Below are positions 24,041-36,422 of a stretch of 64,000 bases of DNA, one piece after another. A program made the translations under genes and the position numbers. The notes under the pieces were generated by a model, which saw nothing but the letters and a program-made list of their open reading frames with translations, ran no database searches and was not told where the DNA came from. This stretch comes from Mobula hypostoma. Taxonomy: Eukaryota. The DNA lies in contig NC_086097.1 of assembly GCF_963921235.1 (NCBI RefSeq), forward strand, positions 116,934,001 through 116,998,000, written 5' to 3'. The first letter of the stretch is position 1; each line of letters opens with the position of its first letter.

Positions 24041-26184
24041 CTGTGTCACTGTTTGTGGAAACTGACTGGGATATCATTGTGTTGGTGACATTGAAATGCT
24101 TGTTCCTACTTTGGCTGCAAGAAACTGATTTTTCTGCTATTCATCTGTATTGCAAAAACCTAGGCAAGGCTGGTTATGTGGAATGCCATAAAGAAACCAA
24201 AAAGAATGCCAAAGAACAAGTGAAGATAAAGCATATCAAGTGGCCATGATTAACAGACATCAACCTTAAGTTTTAAAATTGTGGCTGTATGAAAAAAATG
24301 GAGGAATGCTTCTTGTCTTCAAATTATTGAGGATTAAAGGAGAGGTGAAGCAAGTAAAATAATAAAGATTGAGGCTCGCTGTAAGAAAGCTAAGCGGGGA
24401 AAAGGAAGAAAGATGCCAATAAAAATTGATGTCCAAAATTAGCAAGAAGATTGCCTGTCACATAAGAGCTTGTTACCTGGAAGGTTCCCAAAATCAGTAT
24501 ATGCTTTGTTAAGTAGATACTGTCACAACCATCAGCTGGTTGAATTAGTGAAATTATTTCCTGCGATCTATTGATATTTGAACAGAATGCAAAAAGAATT
24601 AATGGATTCGTTATCTCCTGATTCTTTACTAATATAATAACTTTTTCAGTGGACACGTGGTTGACAGAATACTTTACCTTGGGCTTTCTTATGATGTTAA
24701 CTATGTTCTTATCCTCTTCTTCAGGGGGATGCTCCTGAGGATGGACGAGAATGACAGTGATGAATGTGAAATACATCAAGAGAGACAAACAGAACCTTAC
24801 TTCCTCCACCACTGTTAAACAAAGCTCACCGTCCACCCACTCCCACCCCCTCACCTTGGCTAACTAACTAGGATGTCCAACATATTTTCAGGCTCTTTGC
24901 CATTAGCATCATTTCCAGTCTCACACTGCAGCACATAATAGATGCAGAGAGAGAAAAAAAATGAATAATTCTAAGTGCCTGAGCCCATACTCATCGACCG
25001 ACAGGGATTGGATTCGCATAATTGGCGGAGCATTTATTAAATAGAAACTTCAGGTTTGGAAACTGCTGCAATTAATTCTTTGCAGTGAAACTACCACCGT
25101 TTAAACTATAGGCATCTCAGCCCAGCATATGGCTTGATTCATCGCACTCTAACTGCATGTGATTGATGCCCAGAGTGAATATATTTTGCATCTTAATGCA
25201 GTGTTTTCTCCAGTACAGCAAGTTTCTACCAATGAAAGTGCAATTCCAATTTTAAAAAAACAAATTGTTTTCAGAGAAATATTTGCTTAGTAAGTCCAAA
25301 TCTCCCAGCTCACAGTCATATTTGGACACAGCAGGAGCAATGAAATATTCTTTGATATTATCGCCCCAAAAAGAGAATGTAATTATTTCGGATGTCTCCT
25401 CCGAGCATTAACATTAAATTGTAAAAATGTCTGTGTAATTCTGCATTTATTGAGGAGGTGCTGTCGTTTAAATGCAAAAAAGTTCCATTTTGAAATTTGA
25501 ATACTGCAATATAAAACCAAGAACATGACATTATACTGAGTTTGTTTCCAGTTTTATTTCCATTATACATGAGACATTCTGTTCCCACGAGCTGCCAGTT
25601 CTAACTGTCGAATATGTATGTTGTTGTTCCTTTTGTTATTGCATTGCTTTAGGCTTTTTACAAGAAATGGAAATAAATAATTAAATTATTGAACAGAGGT
25701 TTTTCTTTATTATTTGAACGTTGCATTGAAACAAAACAACTGTGGCGCCTTGGAGTTGTTATACTTGTGTAACATGTGCACAGCTCCAAAGAGTCAAATT
25801 CCCTGCTTCAATCCTTTATTAGCAATTAGCAAGCATACAGTTCAGCATCATTGAGCGTTATCTCAGCGGTTAGCGAAGATATCACGTCCACGGTCCTACG
25901 CTACAGACTGCCACAAATACACAACTTAACCGGTTTGCTTTTACCATGTCGCAACTAATGTGACTAGTTACCATAATACACATCATAATTGTGCAATACA
26001 GAATGCATGGCTCCTACAGGTGGTTCCATTCTGTTCAGCCACCTTCAATCCCGATATCTTGACAACTACCTACAGAAGTCATTTTCAGTTTTGAATGAAT
26101 GCACTCATTTGGGAATTTTTTCCTGGATGTCTCTGAAATTAGTCTCCTCCTTTCATCCCTTAGTAGCATTGTTATAATCAATGG

Positions 26185-26280
26185 CCAGTCCCGATGAAGG
26201 GTTTTAGCCTGAAACATTGACTCCTGATTCCTTTCCATAGATGCTGTCTGATTTGCTGAGTTCCTCCAGCATTTTGCTCT
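26185..26280 (+). mobile_element. Isolated Penelope-like tail with hammerhead remnant
   Basis: AGTCCCGATGAAGGGTTTTAGCCTGAAACATTGACT followed by the shared tail. Confidence 0.75.
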
Positions 26281-26974
26281 TCTAATCAATGCCACTTGTT
26301 CTGGTGTCCTCCATAAGACGAAGTACAGGGTAATGAATGTGTTCTGTCTTTAGAGATCTTGTTCAATTCCAATCGTCCATAGATCATAAAATATTCTTTC
26401 AAAACTATTCAGTTTGTTCACCATATCTCCGGAGTGTTGTAAAAATCGGATCAGAATTATACAAGACTAATGAGAAAGTGAAGAGTGAGAAGCAATTTCT
26501 ACTGCCGTTGGTAGGAATGAGCATGCTGTCAAAGCATATGTTGGGCATTTGAATTTAATAATATTGTGGCAGCTTGCTCATATGTAGGGGTGTCCATGTG
26601 TTGGATGTTTTTAACCAGGAGACAGCCTGGTTTAGAGGAACAAACAATTCAGTTACACGTATTTTATTTTACAAACTAATTATACATAAAAGCTGCTTTG
26701 CACATGTTCAAGATCAATTCTGAGTTGTTTAGCAGTCCAGGAAGTTAGCTCAAAACAATCTGGGCATAGTTCACCTTAGCATAGATGATGTTTGTCCATG
26801 TCATTCACATAGTTGATGATGTCATAGATCACACTGTGCTCACCTCTTGCCCTGTTGAACAAGGTGAAGCTGAGAGGGGGACCCAATGACCTTTTTCTCT
26901 TCACTCACAAAGAATTCCAGAGGAATATCATGCAAGATTTAGAATGAGATGGCAACTGAAAGGACGACACATCA

Positions 26975-27268
26975 TGGGCATCACGGCAGTACAGTGGTTA
27001 GTGCAATACCTTCCGCTAACTACTCCGCCACGCTTGTAGCTCTGGGTGTTCCGGAGGCTGAAGTTCAGTCCTGGCGTCCTCTGTTTGTACGTTCCTCCCC
27101 TTGTGCGTGTGGGTTTCCTCCGGGTGCTCCAGTTGCCTCCCATAGATTGGTAGGTCAATTGGTCATGATAAATCGTCCTGTGATTAGCCGAGGGTTAAGT
27201 CAGTGGGTTGTTGGGTGGTGTGGCTCAGAGAGCCAGAAGGGGCCTGTCTCTAAATAAATTAAATAAAT
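26975..27268 (+). mobile_element. V-SINE (HE1-like)
   Basis: tRNA-like head, gcgtgtgggtttcctccgggtgctcc, and TAAA tail. Confidence 0.8.
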
Positions 27269-28210
27269 GCACACATCATCATCCAGCCTCTTTATTCAGT
27301 CGCCTGCACTATGTTACATAATTCACTGGATTGCTCTTCACTGATTGCAGAGTTTTTCCTACAGTGGCCATCAGCCCGTCGATCACCCTGCTATAGGTGG
27401 CAGGGAACCGGTTGGGTCACTCACTGGCAATTGAAGGAGATGCATTCTGTCCCCATTCACACTGTCTATGGCAGCGTTCTCTGTCTCAGTGGTCACCAAG
27501 GCCACAAATTGACAACTACAGGTTCTGTGCAGAGGTCCCAACGTGAATGATAGAGCTCCCATTTCAGTGCATGAATCTAGTTGTAAATGCATTTGTGCAA
27601 TGTTTGAAATGTTTTTGGACAATTTTGCATATATATTGTTGCATCTGAGTAGATGGCAACTCTAAACATGGCATCTGTTTAACACACCATAAGAGAGGGA
27701 AAACTCTTGTTTCCACTTAAAAGTATTTGATTTTACATGCAATTAAAGGAAATCATGTTAATTATTCAGTTAAATCACCTCTCAGACATACACTGTAACA
27801 TCTTGAGGCCCAATATGTCCAACTGGAAATGCTCATCCAAAGTTGTAAACTTAGAAGTTTTTAAGAATGTAATTCCTCCCTTTCTTTCCTGGTAGTAGAA
27901 TGAGGGGAGATTTAATAGAGGGGTACAAAATTATGTGGAGTATAGATAGGGTAAATACAACTAGGCTTTTTCTATTGAGAATGAGTGAGACTAGAATCAA
28001 AAGCTGTAGGTTAAGACTATAAGCCCATAATACTTAGGAGAGGAGTTAAGTGATTCAGCCTACAGAGTCCATAATATCATTCCATCATGACAAATTTATC
28101 ATCTGTCTCATCCCAGTTTTCCTGCCTTCTCCCCGTAACCTTTGACACTCGTACTAATCAGGAACCTGGCAGCCTCTGCTTTAAATATAGAATCACCTTT
28201 ATATGTAATA

Positions 28211-29556
28211 TAGAAACATAGAAAATAGGTGCAGGAGTAGGCCATTCGGCCCTTCGAGCTTGCACCGCCATTTATTATGATCATGGCTGATCATCCAACT
28301 CAGAACCCCGCCCCAGCCTTCCCTCCATACCCCCTGATCCCTGTAGCCACAAGGGCCATATCTAACTCCCTCTTAAATATAGCCAATGAACTGGCCTCAA
28401 CTGTTTCCTGTGGCAGAGAATTCCACAGATTCACCACTCTCTGTGTGAAGAAGTTTTTCCTAATCTCAGTCCTAAAAGGCTTCCCCTTTATCCTCAAACT
28501 GTGACCCCTTGTTCTGGACTTCCCCAACATCGGGAACAATCTTCCTGCATCTAGCCTGTCCAATCCCTTTAGGATTTTATACGTTTCAATCAGATCCCCC
28601 CTCAATCTTCTAAATTCCAACGAGTACAAGCCCAGTTCATCCAGTCTTTCTTCATATGAAAGTCCTGCCATCCCAGGAATCAATCTGGTGAACCTTCTTT
28701 GTACTCCCTCTATGGCAAGGATGTCTTTCCTCAGATTAGGGGACCAAAACTGCACACAATACTCCAGGTGTGGTCTCACCAAGAATTTGTACAACTGCAG
28801 TAGTACCTCCCTGCTCCTGTACTCGAATCCTCTCGCTATAAATGCCAGCATACCATTCGCCTTTTTCACCGCCTGCTGTACCTGCATGCCCACTTTCAAT
28901 GACTGGTGTATAATGACACCCAGGTCTCGTTGCACCTCCCCTTTTCCTAATTGGCCACCATTCAGATAATAATCTGTTTTCCAATTTTTGCCACCAAAGT
29001 GGATAACTTCACATTTATCCACATTAAATTGCATCTGCCATGAATTTTCCCACTCACCCAACCTATCCAAGTCACTCTGCATCCTCTTAGCATCCTCCTC
29101 ACAGCTAACACTGCCACCCAGCTTCATGTCATCCGCAAACTTGGAGATGCTGCATTTAATTCCCTCATCCAAGTCATTAATATATATTGTAAACAACTGG
29201 GGTCCCAGCACTGAGCCTTGCGGTACCCCACTAGTCACCGCCTGCCATTCTGAAAAGGTCCCGTTTATTCCCACTCTTTGCCTCCTGTCTGCTAACCAAT
29301 TCTCCATCCACATCAATACCTTACCCCCAATACCGTGTGCTTTAAGTTTGCACACTAATCTCCTGTGTGGGACCTTGTCAAAAGCCTTTTGAAGATCCAA
29401 ATATACCACATCCACTGGTTCTCCCCTATCCACTCTACTGGTTACATCCTCAAAAAATTCTATGAGATTTGTCAGACATGATTTTCCTTTCACAAATCCA
29501 TGCTGACTTTGTCCGATGATTTCACCGCTTTCCAAATGTGCTGTTATCACATCTTT
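28211..29556 (-). mobile_element. Young 5'-truncated CR1 LINE with open RT C-terminal frame
   Basis: ORF 28300-29574 contains QHGF..KSCLTNL, YLDLQKAFDKVPH, GVPQGSVLGP, FADD and LVRPHLEYC with no internal stop. Octamer-type tail (tagaaaca) at 28211. Confidence 0.95.
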
Positions 29557-29600
29557 ATTCAGAGGGTGGTGCAAGGATGGAACAAGCTGCCAGCGAAAGA

Positions 29601-30020
29601 GGTGGATATGGGTTTGGGTGGATAGGGGTTTGGGTGGATAGGGGTTTGGGTGGATATGGGTTTGGGTGGATAGGGGTTTGAGTGGATAGGAGTTTGGGTG
29701 GATATGGGTTTGGGTGGATATGAGTTTGGGTGGATATGGGTTTGGGTGGATATGGGTTTGGGTGGATAGGGGTTTGGGTGGATAGGGGTTTGGGTGGATA
29801 GGGGTTTGGGTGGATATGGGTTTGGGTGGATAGGGGTTTGGGTGGATAGGGGTTTGGGTGGATATGGGTTTGGGTGGATAGGGGTTTGGGTGGATATGGG
29901 TTTGGGTGGATAGGGGTTTGGGTGGATATGGGTTTGGGTGGATATGGGTTTGGGTGGATAGGGGTTTGGGTGGATAGGGGTTTGGGTGGATAGGAGTTTG
30001 GGTGGATATGGCTTTGGGTG
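29601..30020. repeat. 16-bp G-rich minisatellite, ~26 copies (GGTGGATA[T/G]GGGTTTG)
   Basis: Directly visible. Explains the 16-aa-periodic spurious ORFs at 29555-30079. Confidence 0.97.
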
Positions 30021-30339
30021 CAACATTTAAGAGAAGTTAGGATAAATACATAGATTGGAGGGCTATGGTCCATGTGCAAGTCGACAGGACTAGGCAGAAT
30101 AATAGTTTGGTACGGACTAGATGGGCTGAAGAGCTTGTTTCCGTGCTGTGGTGCTCCATGACTCTATGTCTTTATGGCCTATTCATGAGTATTCATCTAG
30201 TGATACACAGGCACTGCCACATGCTCAGCTGAGACACAGAATGTAAGAAGCAGAATTAAAATTACTGGAGAAGCTCAGCAGGTCAGGCACCTTCTGTGCT
30301 TTTGTTCGGAATTTTCAACATCTGCAGGTTATATGCGTG

Positions 30340-31320
30340 ATCCTCATTGCGTATATGAGAAGGGAGGTTAACGCAGCACTGTATACAGCACTAGTTAAGT
30401 CACAGCTTGAGTTCTTTGTCCAGTTCTGGTCATCACGTTACAATAAATGTCTGATTCTACTGGAGGGGACACAGAACGGGTTTGAAAGGATGTTACTGGA
30501 CTGGAAACTTAGAGTCAGTTGAAAAGATTGGGTAAGTTAGGGTTAAAGATCAGAATCAGATTTATTATCATTTTCATGTTATGAAGTTTTTTTTTACTCC
30601 TCTGGTAAAGTACAAGATAAAAAAAGTTCAAAACTAGAATTAGAATCGGGTTTATTGCTATGGCATAAGACATGAAATTAACTAAATATTAATCTAATTA
30701 AACAGGTAAGAGAGGAATAATGAGGTAGTATTTATAGGTATAAGGACCGTTCAGAATCCAATAGTGAAAGAGAAGAAGCTGTTGGTAAAATGTTGAGTGT
30801 GAGGCTTCAGGCACCTCCTCCCCGATGATAGTAACGATAAGGCATTGGTCAGACGGCTCTTGAGTACTGTGAGCCATTGAGGAGTATGAAGAGAGTTTGA
30901 TGGCGCTGGGCCCGTGCTCACTGTAGATTAGAAGAATGAACGGGGGTTCTCATTGAAACCTATCAAACATTGAAAGGCCTAGATAGAGTGGACTTGAAGG
31001 GCCTTTCTTATTGTGGGGGAGTCTAGGACCAGAGATCACAAAATAGAAGGGTATCTCTTCAGAACAGAGATGAAGAAGAATTTATTTAGCTGGAAGGTGG
31101 TGAATCTGTGGAATCCACTGCCACAGACATCTGTGAAGACCAAGTTATTGGGTATATTTAAGGCAGAGGTTGAAAGGTTCGTGATTACTAAGGGAGACAA
31201 AAGTTACAGGGAGAAGGCAGAAGAATGGGGCTGAGAGGGAGAATCTCAGCCATGGTGGAATGGTGAAGCAGACTCAATGGGTCAAATGGCCTAATTTTGC
31301 TTCAATGTCTTATGGTCTTT
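30340..31320 (+). mobile_element. Decayed CR1 3' regions with an intervening minus-strand Rex1-like tail (~30550-30860)
   Basis: LYTALVKSQLEFFVQFWS and FRTEMKKNLFSWKVVNLWN motifs. Confidence 0.75.
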
Positions 31321-31705
31321 TCCATTTGACATTGCACAACTCATCTTAACAACACATCGATATTTTCTGTGTTCAAAGATCACCCCGCTCTCTATCAATA
31401 ACGCTACCAATTCTCATATTTTCTGTGAACTTACCAAGTGTATTTCTTACATAAACATCTAAATCCTTTAACAAACAGTAAGAACCTCACTGATCCCTTT
31501 GCTACTTTACTGGGCACAAGCTTCTGATCACAAAATAAATATCTTCCACCATCATTCTCAGCCTTCTATTACCAGACCGATTTAAAGTGCAAAGTTTAAT
31601 AGTAAGTTTATTTTCAAAGTACATATACTGTCTGTCATCTTATATTACTTTGAGGTTTATTTTCTTACAGGCCTTTACAGAAAATAATAAAGAAATACAA
31701 CAGAA

Positions 31706-32041
31706 AAAGGATCTAGTTCCTCCCTGGCAAATATGATGAATAAATTCTTATGGGCTTCCAGCCCAGTACAGGTATCGATTATAACTGATGTTTTGATGAC
31801 AAACTGCCACCTTCGTCAGGGATGAATGATGCCTGGGTATGGTCAAGACTGGCGGTATTTATACCTCTGTAGTCCATCCCTCTTGAATGGTTAGTCATTA
31901 CTTCAAGGGACAGACTATAGAGGTCTAAATACCACTGGACTAGACATGCCCCGGCATCATCCCTAATGAGGATGGAAGAGTTTATCATCAAAATGTAGTT
32001 ATAATCGATACCTGTACCCAACTGGAAGCCCGAGTTTATTC
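31706..32041. mobile_element. Palindromic (fold-back) insertion with hammerhead-like motifs
   Basis: 31738-32041 is an imperfect inverted repeat end to end. Flanked by GAAATACAA[C/T]AGAA (31692-31705 and 32042-32055). Confidence 0.85.
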
Positions 32042-32181
32042 GAAATACAATAGAATTTAAGAAAAACTATAAATAACAAAGACTGACAAACTATTAGGAA
32101 ATGTCAGAGCAACAGAGCCAATTTAGCAGTAATAAACTGCAAAATAAGAAGCACAAAGGGCCACAAAACAAGAAAGAACAG

Positions 32182-33083
32182 TGTTACGTACCCCGTAACT
32201 GGATTGCCAAACCAGCAGAAATGGATCACTCAGTTGGAGTCTGGACTACTAGAACTAAGAAAGTTTTATTAAAGAAACAAGAAACACAGTACTCTAATCG
32301 AAAGGATAATAAATGCAACAGTTCAGCGATGATAAACTCACATGTACACAGAATTAAGATAACAGGATCAATCAAGCTCTATCGTCGCCTAGGGGTAAAT
32401 GACCAGTTTCAAAGTGACGCAAAGTTCAGTTCAATTGAATTCAGTTCAGTTCGCAGTAATCACTGCCGTGGGAGATAGACAGTGTGGGGGAAGGAGAGAG
32501 AGAGCAAAACGAATGAATATTCAAACGGCTTCCACACAGACCTTCGATATTCTTCGCAGTCAGCTTTCGGGCGAGCCCTTTGTGATGTCTTCTGAGGTCA
32601 CCGACCATGACCCCTCCGTTTCCAGATTCGATCGTTTCTCTACGGTGAACCTGGCACCCAGGCAAGGGCGGACACACACCAGGTTCCCGCTGATCGTGCC
32701 TTTCCACCCTGTGCGTCTATGGCTTGGTCCCGCGAGCAGCCTTCCAAAACTTCCCACCGACTTGTGGGAGATGCACCGCTTCCAGGGTCTCGTTACCTCG
32801 GGGTATCGTGTGTGTCTTGCCTTAGCGAACCTATCCCTTTTTATCCCCCTGCTGGGGTATCACCTGTCCATCACTTCAAACAGTTCAGGGTTCAAAGGGG
32901 GAGCCGATCTTGACAGCTCTCCTTCCGTTAAATTCTCCTGTCCCTTCATTAACATCTCCAAATGCTGCTCCATTGTTTTCCTTATCTCTCTTTCTCCTGA
33001 AGACAGGTGGCAGACCAACTGCTGATCCCACTGGTGCCAGCACAGGCCAGCTAACATCTTAATCTATGTGTATTCTCGTCACA
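32182..33083 (-). mobile_element. Solo LTR, 902 bp
   Basis: TGTTACG..CGTCACA termini, 4-bp TSD ACAG (32178-32181 and 33084-33087), AATAAA on the minus strand near 32265, CpGs retained. Confidence 0.88.
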
Positions 33084-33499
33084 ACAGATACCCAACAGCA
33101 GAAGGCAACAAGGTAACTAAAGGCTAGCAGAAACTTGTGGAAGCTGGCTGGTTTGAATGAGTGAAGAAGCACTGTGGATGAGAGCTGGGTTTAAATAGGC
33201 CGCAGGTGATTGGAAACGACTGTCAGGTGAGTCCTGTTAGTTGGGTAGAGACCGAGAGGTGCCTGCCTGTGCATGCCTTACAGAACCCACCCTTCTATGG
33301 CTGGCACCCAATGGCCCAGAATGATCAGGATGGGTCTAGTGGAACTCCTCAATGAGTGAAGGATCCAAAATTAAACTGGTCAGCGCCTGAGACCTCTCCT
33401 CTGGGCTGTACTCTTCCCAGATGACCTGGTACTGCACACCCCATCGGCGATGACGTGAATCCATCAACTAGTGAACCGTGTACACTGGACCACACACAC

Positions 33500-34690
33500 T
33501 CTGCTATACTTGGTTCCAGAAGTACAGGCTGTTTTGGATTTATTATTCAGGTATTGTTTAAGTAATCTTGTATATGTACTGTACATGTACTTCTGTAGAA
33601 ATATCTGCACATTTCTTTCCATCTCCAAATACACTTATCCTGTTCATTGAAATAATTCATTCCCAGTTATATGTGTAAATACAAAATCACGACTGTCTTG
33701 ACACTGCCATGTGATACGTGCATGCCTCGCTTAAAATAAACTCAAAGTTAGACCGGCATTTCAAACCCCCATGTCTTCCTCTGAATTAGTTTAATGTTTT
33801 GAAGTTACAAAACATAACATTAGCAATGACATATTTTTAAAACAAATCAGACACAGTTACCGACCTGTTGAAGTGAGACAATTGAAATAAAAAGAATGCA
33901 GAGAGAAACGTGAAATTTGAAGCCCAATACTTGTTGAGTTTTTTTTAAAAAAGTACTGCAGCACATCTTCTTTGCAAGGGAAAGAGTTCAGTTTTGAAAA
34001 GTCAAAAAAAAGACAGAAGACTTCACTGGTTCATAAGAGTGAGTACCGGGTGATAATCGAAAAAGTAGAAATGGCTGGCTACATTGGAAGGATAGACACA
34101 TTTGATAAAACAATAGATAATTGGATTTTATATGCTGAACAAATTGAGCAATATTTTGAAGCAAATTAAATAGCTAATTTAAAGCGAGTACCAATTTTGC
34201 TGAGAGCATTGGGTTTAAAGGCATACAGTTTGCTTCAAAGTTTGATTGCTGCCACCAAATCACTAGAAGTGAGCTTTGCTGATATTGAAAAAGTGATGCA
34301 GGAATACTTAGAACCAGAGCCATTGTTGATTACAGAATGCTTTTGGTGTCATAAATGAAATCAAAAAGACAGGGATCCATGTACCTGGATGAATCGAAGC
34401 AATAGTCTGAGCATTGTCAGTTCAGTAATGGGTTTAATAATGCGTGGAGAGATTGCTTAGTGTGTGGAATTTTACAAGAAGGCATTTGAAAACGGCTCCT
34501 AACATTTAAAAGAGTAATTGAAATCACTGTTTTAATTGAAACTGTAGACAGAGATACAATTGAGTTGCAGCCCGGAATGAAAGTGAGCATGTACAGAATT
34601 ATAGTGTTTAAACAGAAGCCAGCCTGGCCAAAGTGTTACCTGTGGCAGCGGCTCACATACACCAGACAAATGCGGATGTAAAGGTGAAAC
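33500..34690 (+). mobile_element. Mag-like Gypsy 5' fragment (LTR remnant and gag pseudogene)
   Basis: LTR-like end ..aaaacataaca at ~33819, gag N-terminus MAGYIGRIDTFD..DNWILYAEQIEQYFEAN at 34071, and a frameshifted CCHC knuckle at ~34632-34680. Confidence 0.75.
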
Positions 34691-35419
34691 GTACAGGAAC
34701 AACCAAGAGCAGAAACTCCTTCCATGCGGAAAGGATAGAGGCAGCGAAGCATTGCAGAAAATTATCCCCTTGCTCAGTGGCTCTGATTGACATTGGTATG
34801 CAGATCATAGCCAGCGGGCAAACTGACCAAGGTGCAGAGGATGGAGCAGAAGGTTTGTCAGAAGCCGAAGATGAATTGTGGGCTCGGGTCAGACATACTG
34901 TCCTGAGGGAAGCCATGGAGTTGAACTGCATGCTTTGGAACCAGATCTACTGTCTCAGTGGTAGCGAAGTTTGGGGAGAGCAATGAAGTGGGCTGCCTTG
35001 GAGAACCAGCCCATGACCGACATGATGACTTGTGGCCTCGTTGGCAGGTGGTAAACCCACGATGAAGTTCATTGTGATGTAAGATCACTGATGTATAGGG
35101 ACTGGCAGAGACCACAGGAGCCCAGAAGTGGCTGGTTGTAGGAATTAGACTTGGCACATTGAGGGCAGCCAGTGATGAAGTGATGTACACCTGCGATCAT
35201 CGTGGGCCACCAGAACCAGTGTTGCGGAAAATACAGAGCCTGGCCTGTGCCTGAATGTCCAGAGTGGGGTGAGGAGTCAGCCATCTGGGATACCATAGAG
35301 CGCACGGCTACCCACATGTAATATGGCTGTCAGGTGTGTTGGCCAGAGCCTGGCAGATAGGGCTTGGCTGATTTGGTTCTCAAGGTCCCAGATGATCGGG
35401 ACAAGGATCTGTGACTGAA

Positions 35420-36066
35420 GATACATACACAAAATGCTGGTGAACGCAGCAGGCCAGGCAGCATCTCTAGGAAGAGGTACAGTCGATGTTCCGGGCTGAG
35501 ACCCTTCGTCAGGACTAACTGAAAGAAGAGACAGTAAGAGATTTGAAAGTGGGAGGGGGAGGGTGAGATCCAAAATGATAGGAGAAGACAGGAGGGGGAG
35601 GGATGGAGCTAAGAGCTGGAAATTTGATTGGCAAAAGGGATACAAGGCTGGAGAAGGGAGAGGATCATGAGACGGGAAGCCTAGGGAGAAAGGAAGGGGG
35701 AGGGGATCACCAGAGGAAGATGGAGAGCAGGCAAGGAGTTATTGTGAGAGGGACAGAGAGAGAAAAAAAGGGGGAAAATAATAAATAAATAAATAAATAA
35801 ATAAATAAATAGCTAGATAGCTAAACAGATAAATCGATATATAGATAGGTAGGTAGGTAAATGAATAAATAAATAAAGGATGGAGTAAGAAGGGGAGGAG
35901 GGGCATTAACGGAAGTTAGAGAAGTCAATGCTCATGCCATCAGGTTGGAGGCTACCCAGACGGAATATAAGGTGTTCCTCCAACCTGAGTGTGGCTTTAT
36001 CTTGACAGTAGAGGAGGCCGTGGATAGACATATCAGAATGGGAATGGGATGTGGAATTAAAATGTA
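35420..36066 (-). mobile_element. Penelope-like 3' fragment with near-intact hammerhead and internal (TAAA)n/(TAGA)n
   Basis: Highly similar to 42281-42838. Minus strand reads AGTCCTGACGAAGGGTCTCAGCCCGGAACATCGACT. Confidence 0.9.
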
Positions 36067-36079
36067 TTAAAAATAAAAG

Positions 36080-36422
36080 GAATTAAAATTCAAACTGGTT
36101 AAGGTGGCTGGTTTGATGAGTGAACAAAGGACTGAGGGTGAAAAATGGGTATAAATAGGTGCTGAGTTGAAAATGAATGGCAGGGGACTCTTGTTAGCTG
36201 GGTGGAGACTAGGAGGCCTGACACACAACCAATGTGTGAAAGACAAATTGTGCAAAAAAAAATGCAAATAAATTACAGGTCAGTTATTCTGAGCTCAGTG
36301 GTTGGGAGGCTGTTGAAGTCGATTGTGAAGGACATGGCTTCGGGATACTTGGAGGCACATGATAAAATAGGCCATAATCAGCATGGTTTCCTCGAGGGAA
36401 AACCTTGCCTGACAAATCTGTT
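36080..36422 (+). mobile_element. CR1 RT fragment
   Basis: NYRSVILSSVVGRLL..NQHGFLEGKPCLTNLL. Confidence 0.75.

Larger units (their letters stand above)
27893..30170 (+). mobile_element. Older CR1 3' end, split by nested CR1 insertions and a minisatellite
   Basis: agaatgaggggagatttaatagag..ggttaag (to ~28017) resumes at ~29557 (tcagagggtggtg..ggaacaagctgcca) and again after 30020. Confidence 0.65.
32102..35415 (-). mobile_element. Decayed chromodomain-bearing Gypsy (chromovirus/Sushi-like) element: integrase, chromodomain, PPT and 3' LTR
   Basis: Integrase Zn finger HSGHSG..WFWWPTM..CPQCAK (35069-35317). Chromodomain [36 protein letters not shown] (~33340-33490). PPT AAGGGTGGGTTC precedes LTR TGTAAGG (33282) to CTGACA (32102). 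Split by two later LTR-element insertions. Confidence 0.8.

Noticed and set aside
24390..24854. 154-aa minus-strand ORF
   Set aside because: No recognisable domain, non-ATG start and no supported splice structure.
29555..30079. Proline-rich extensin-like ORFs
   Set aside because: These are translations of a 16-bp minisatellite in stop-free frames.
32399..33025. 208-aa ORF
   Set aside because: It lies wholly within a solo LTR and has no recognisable motifs.
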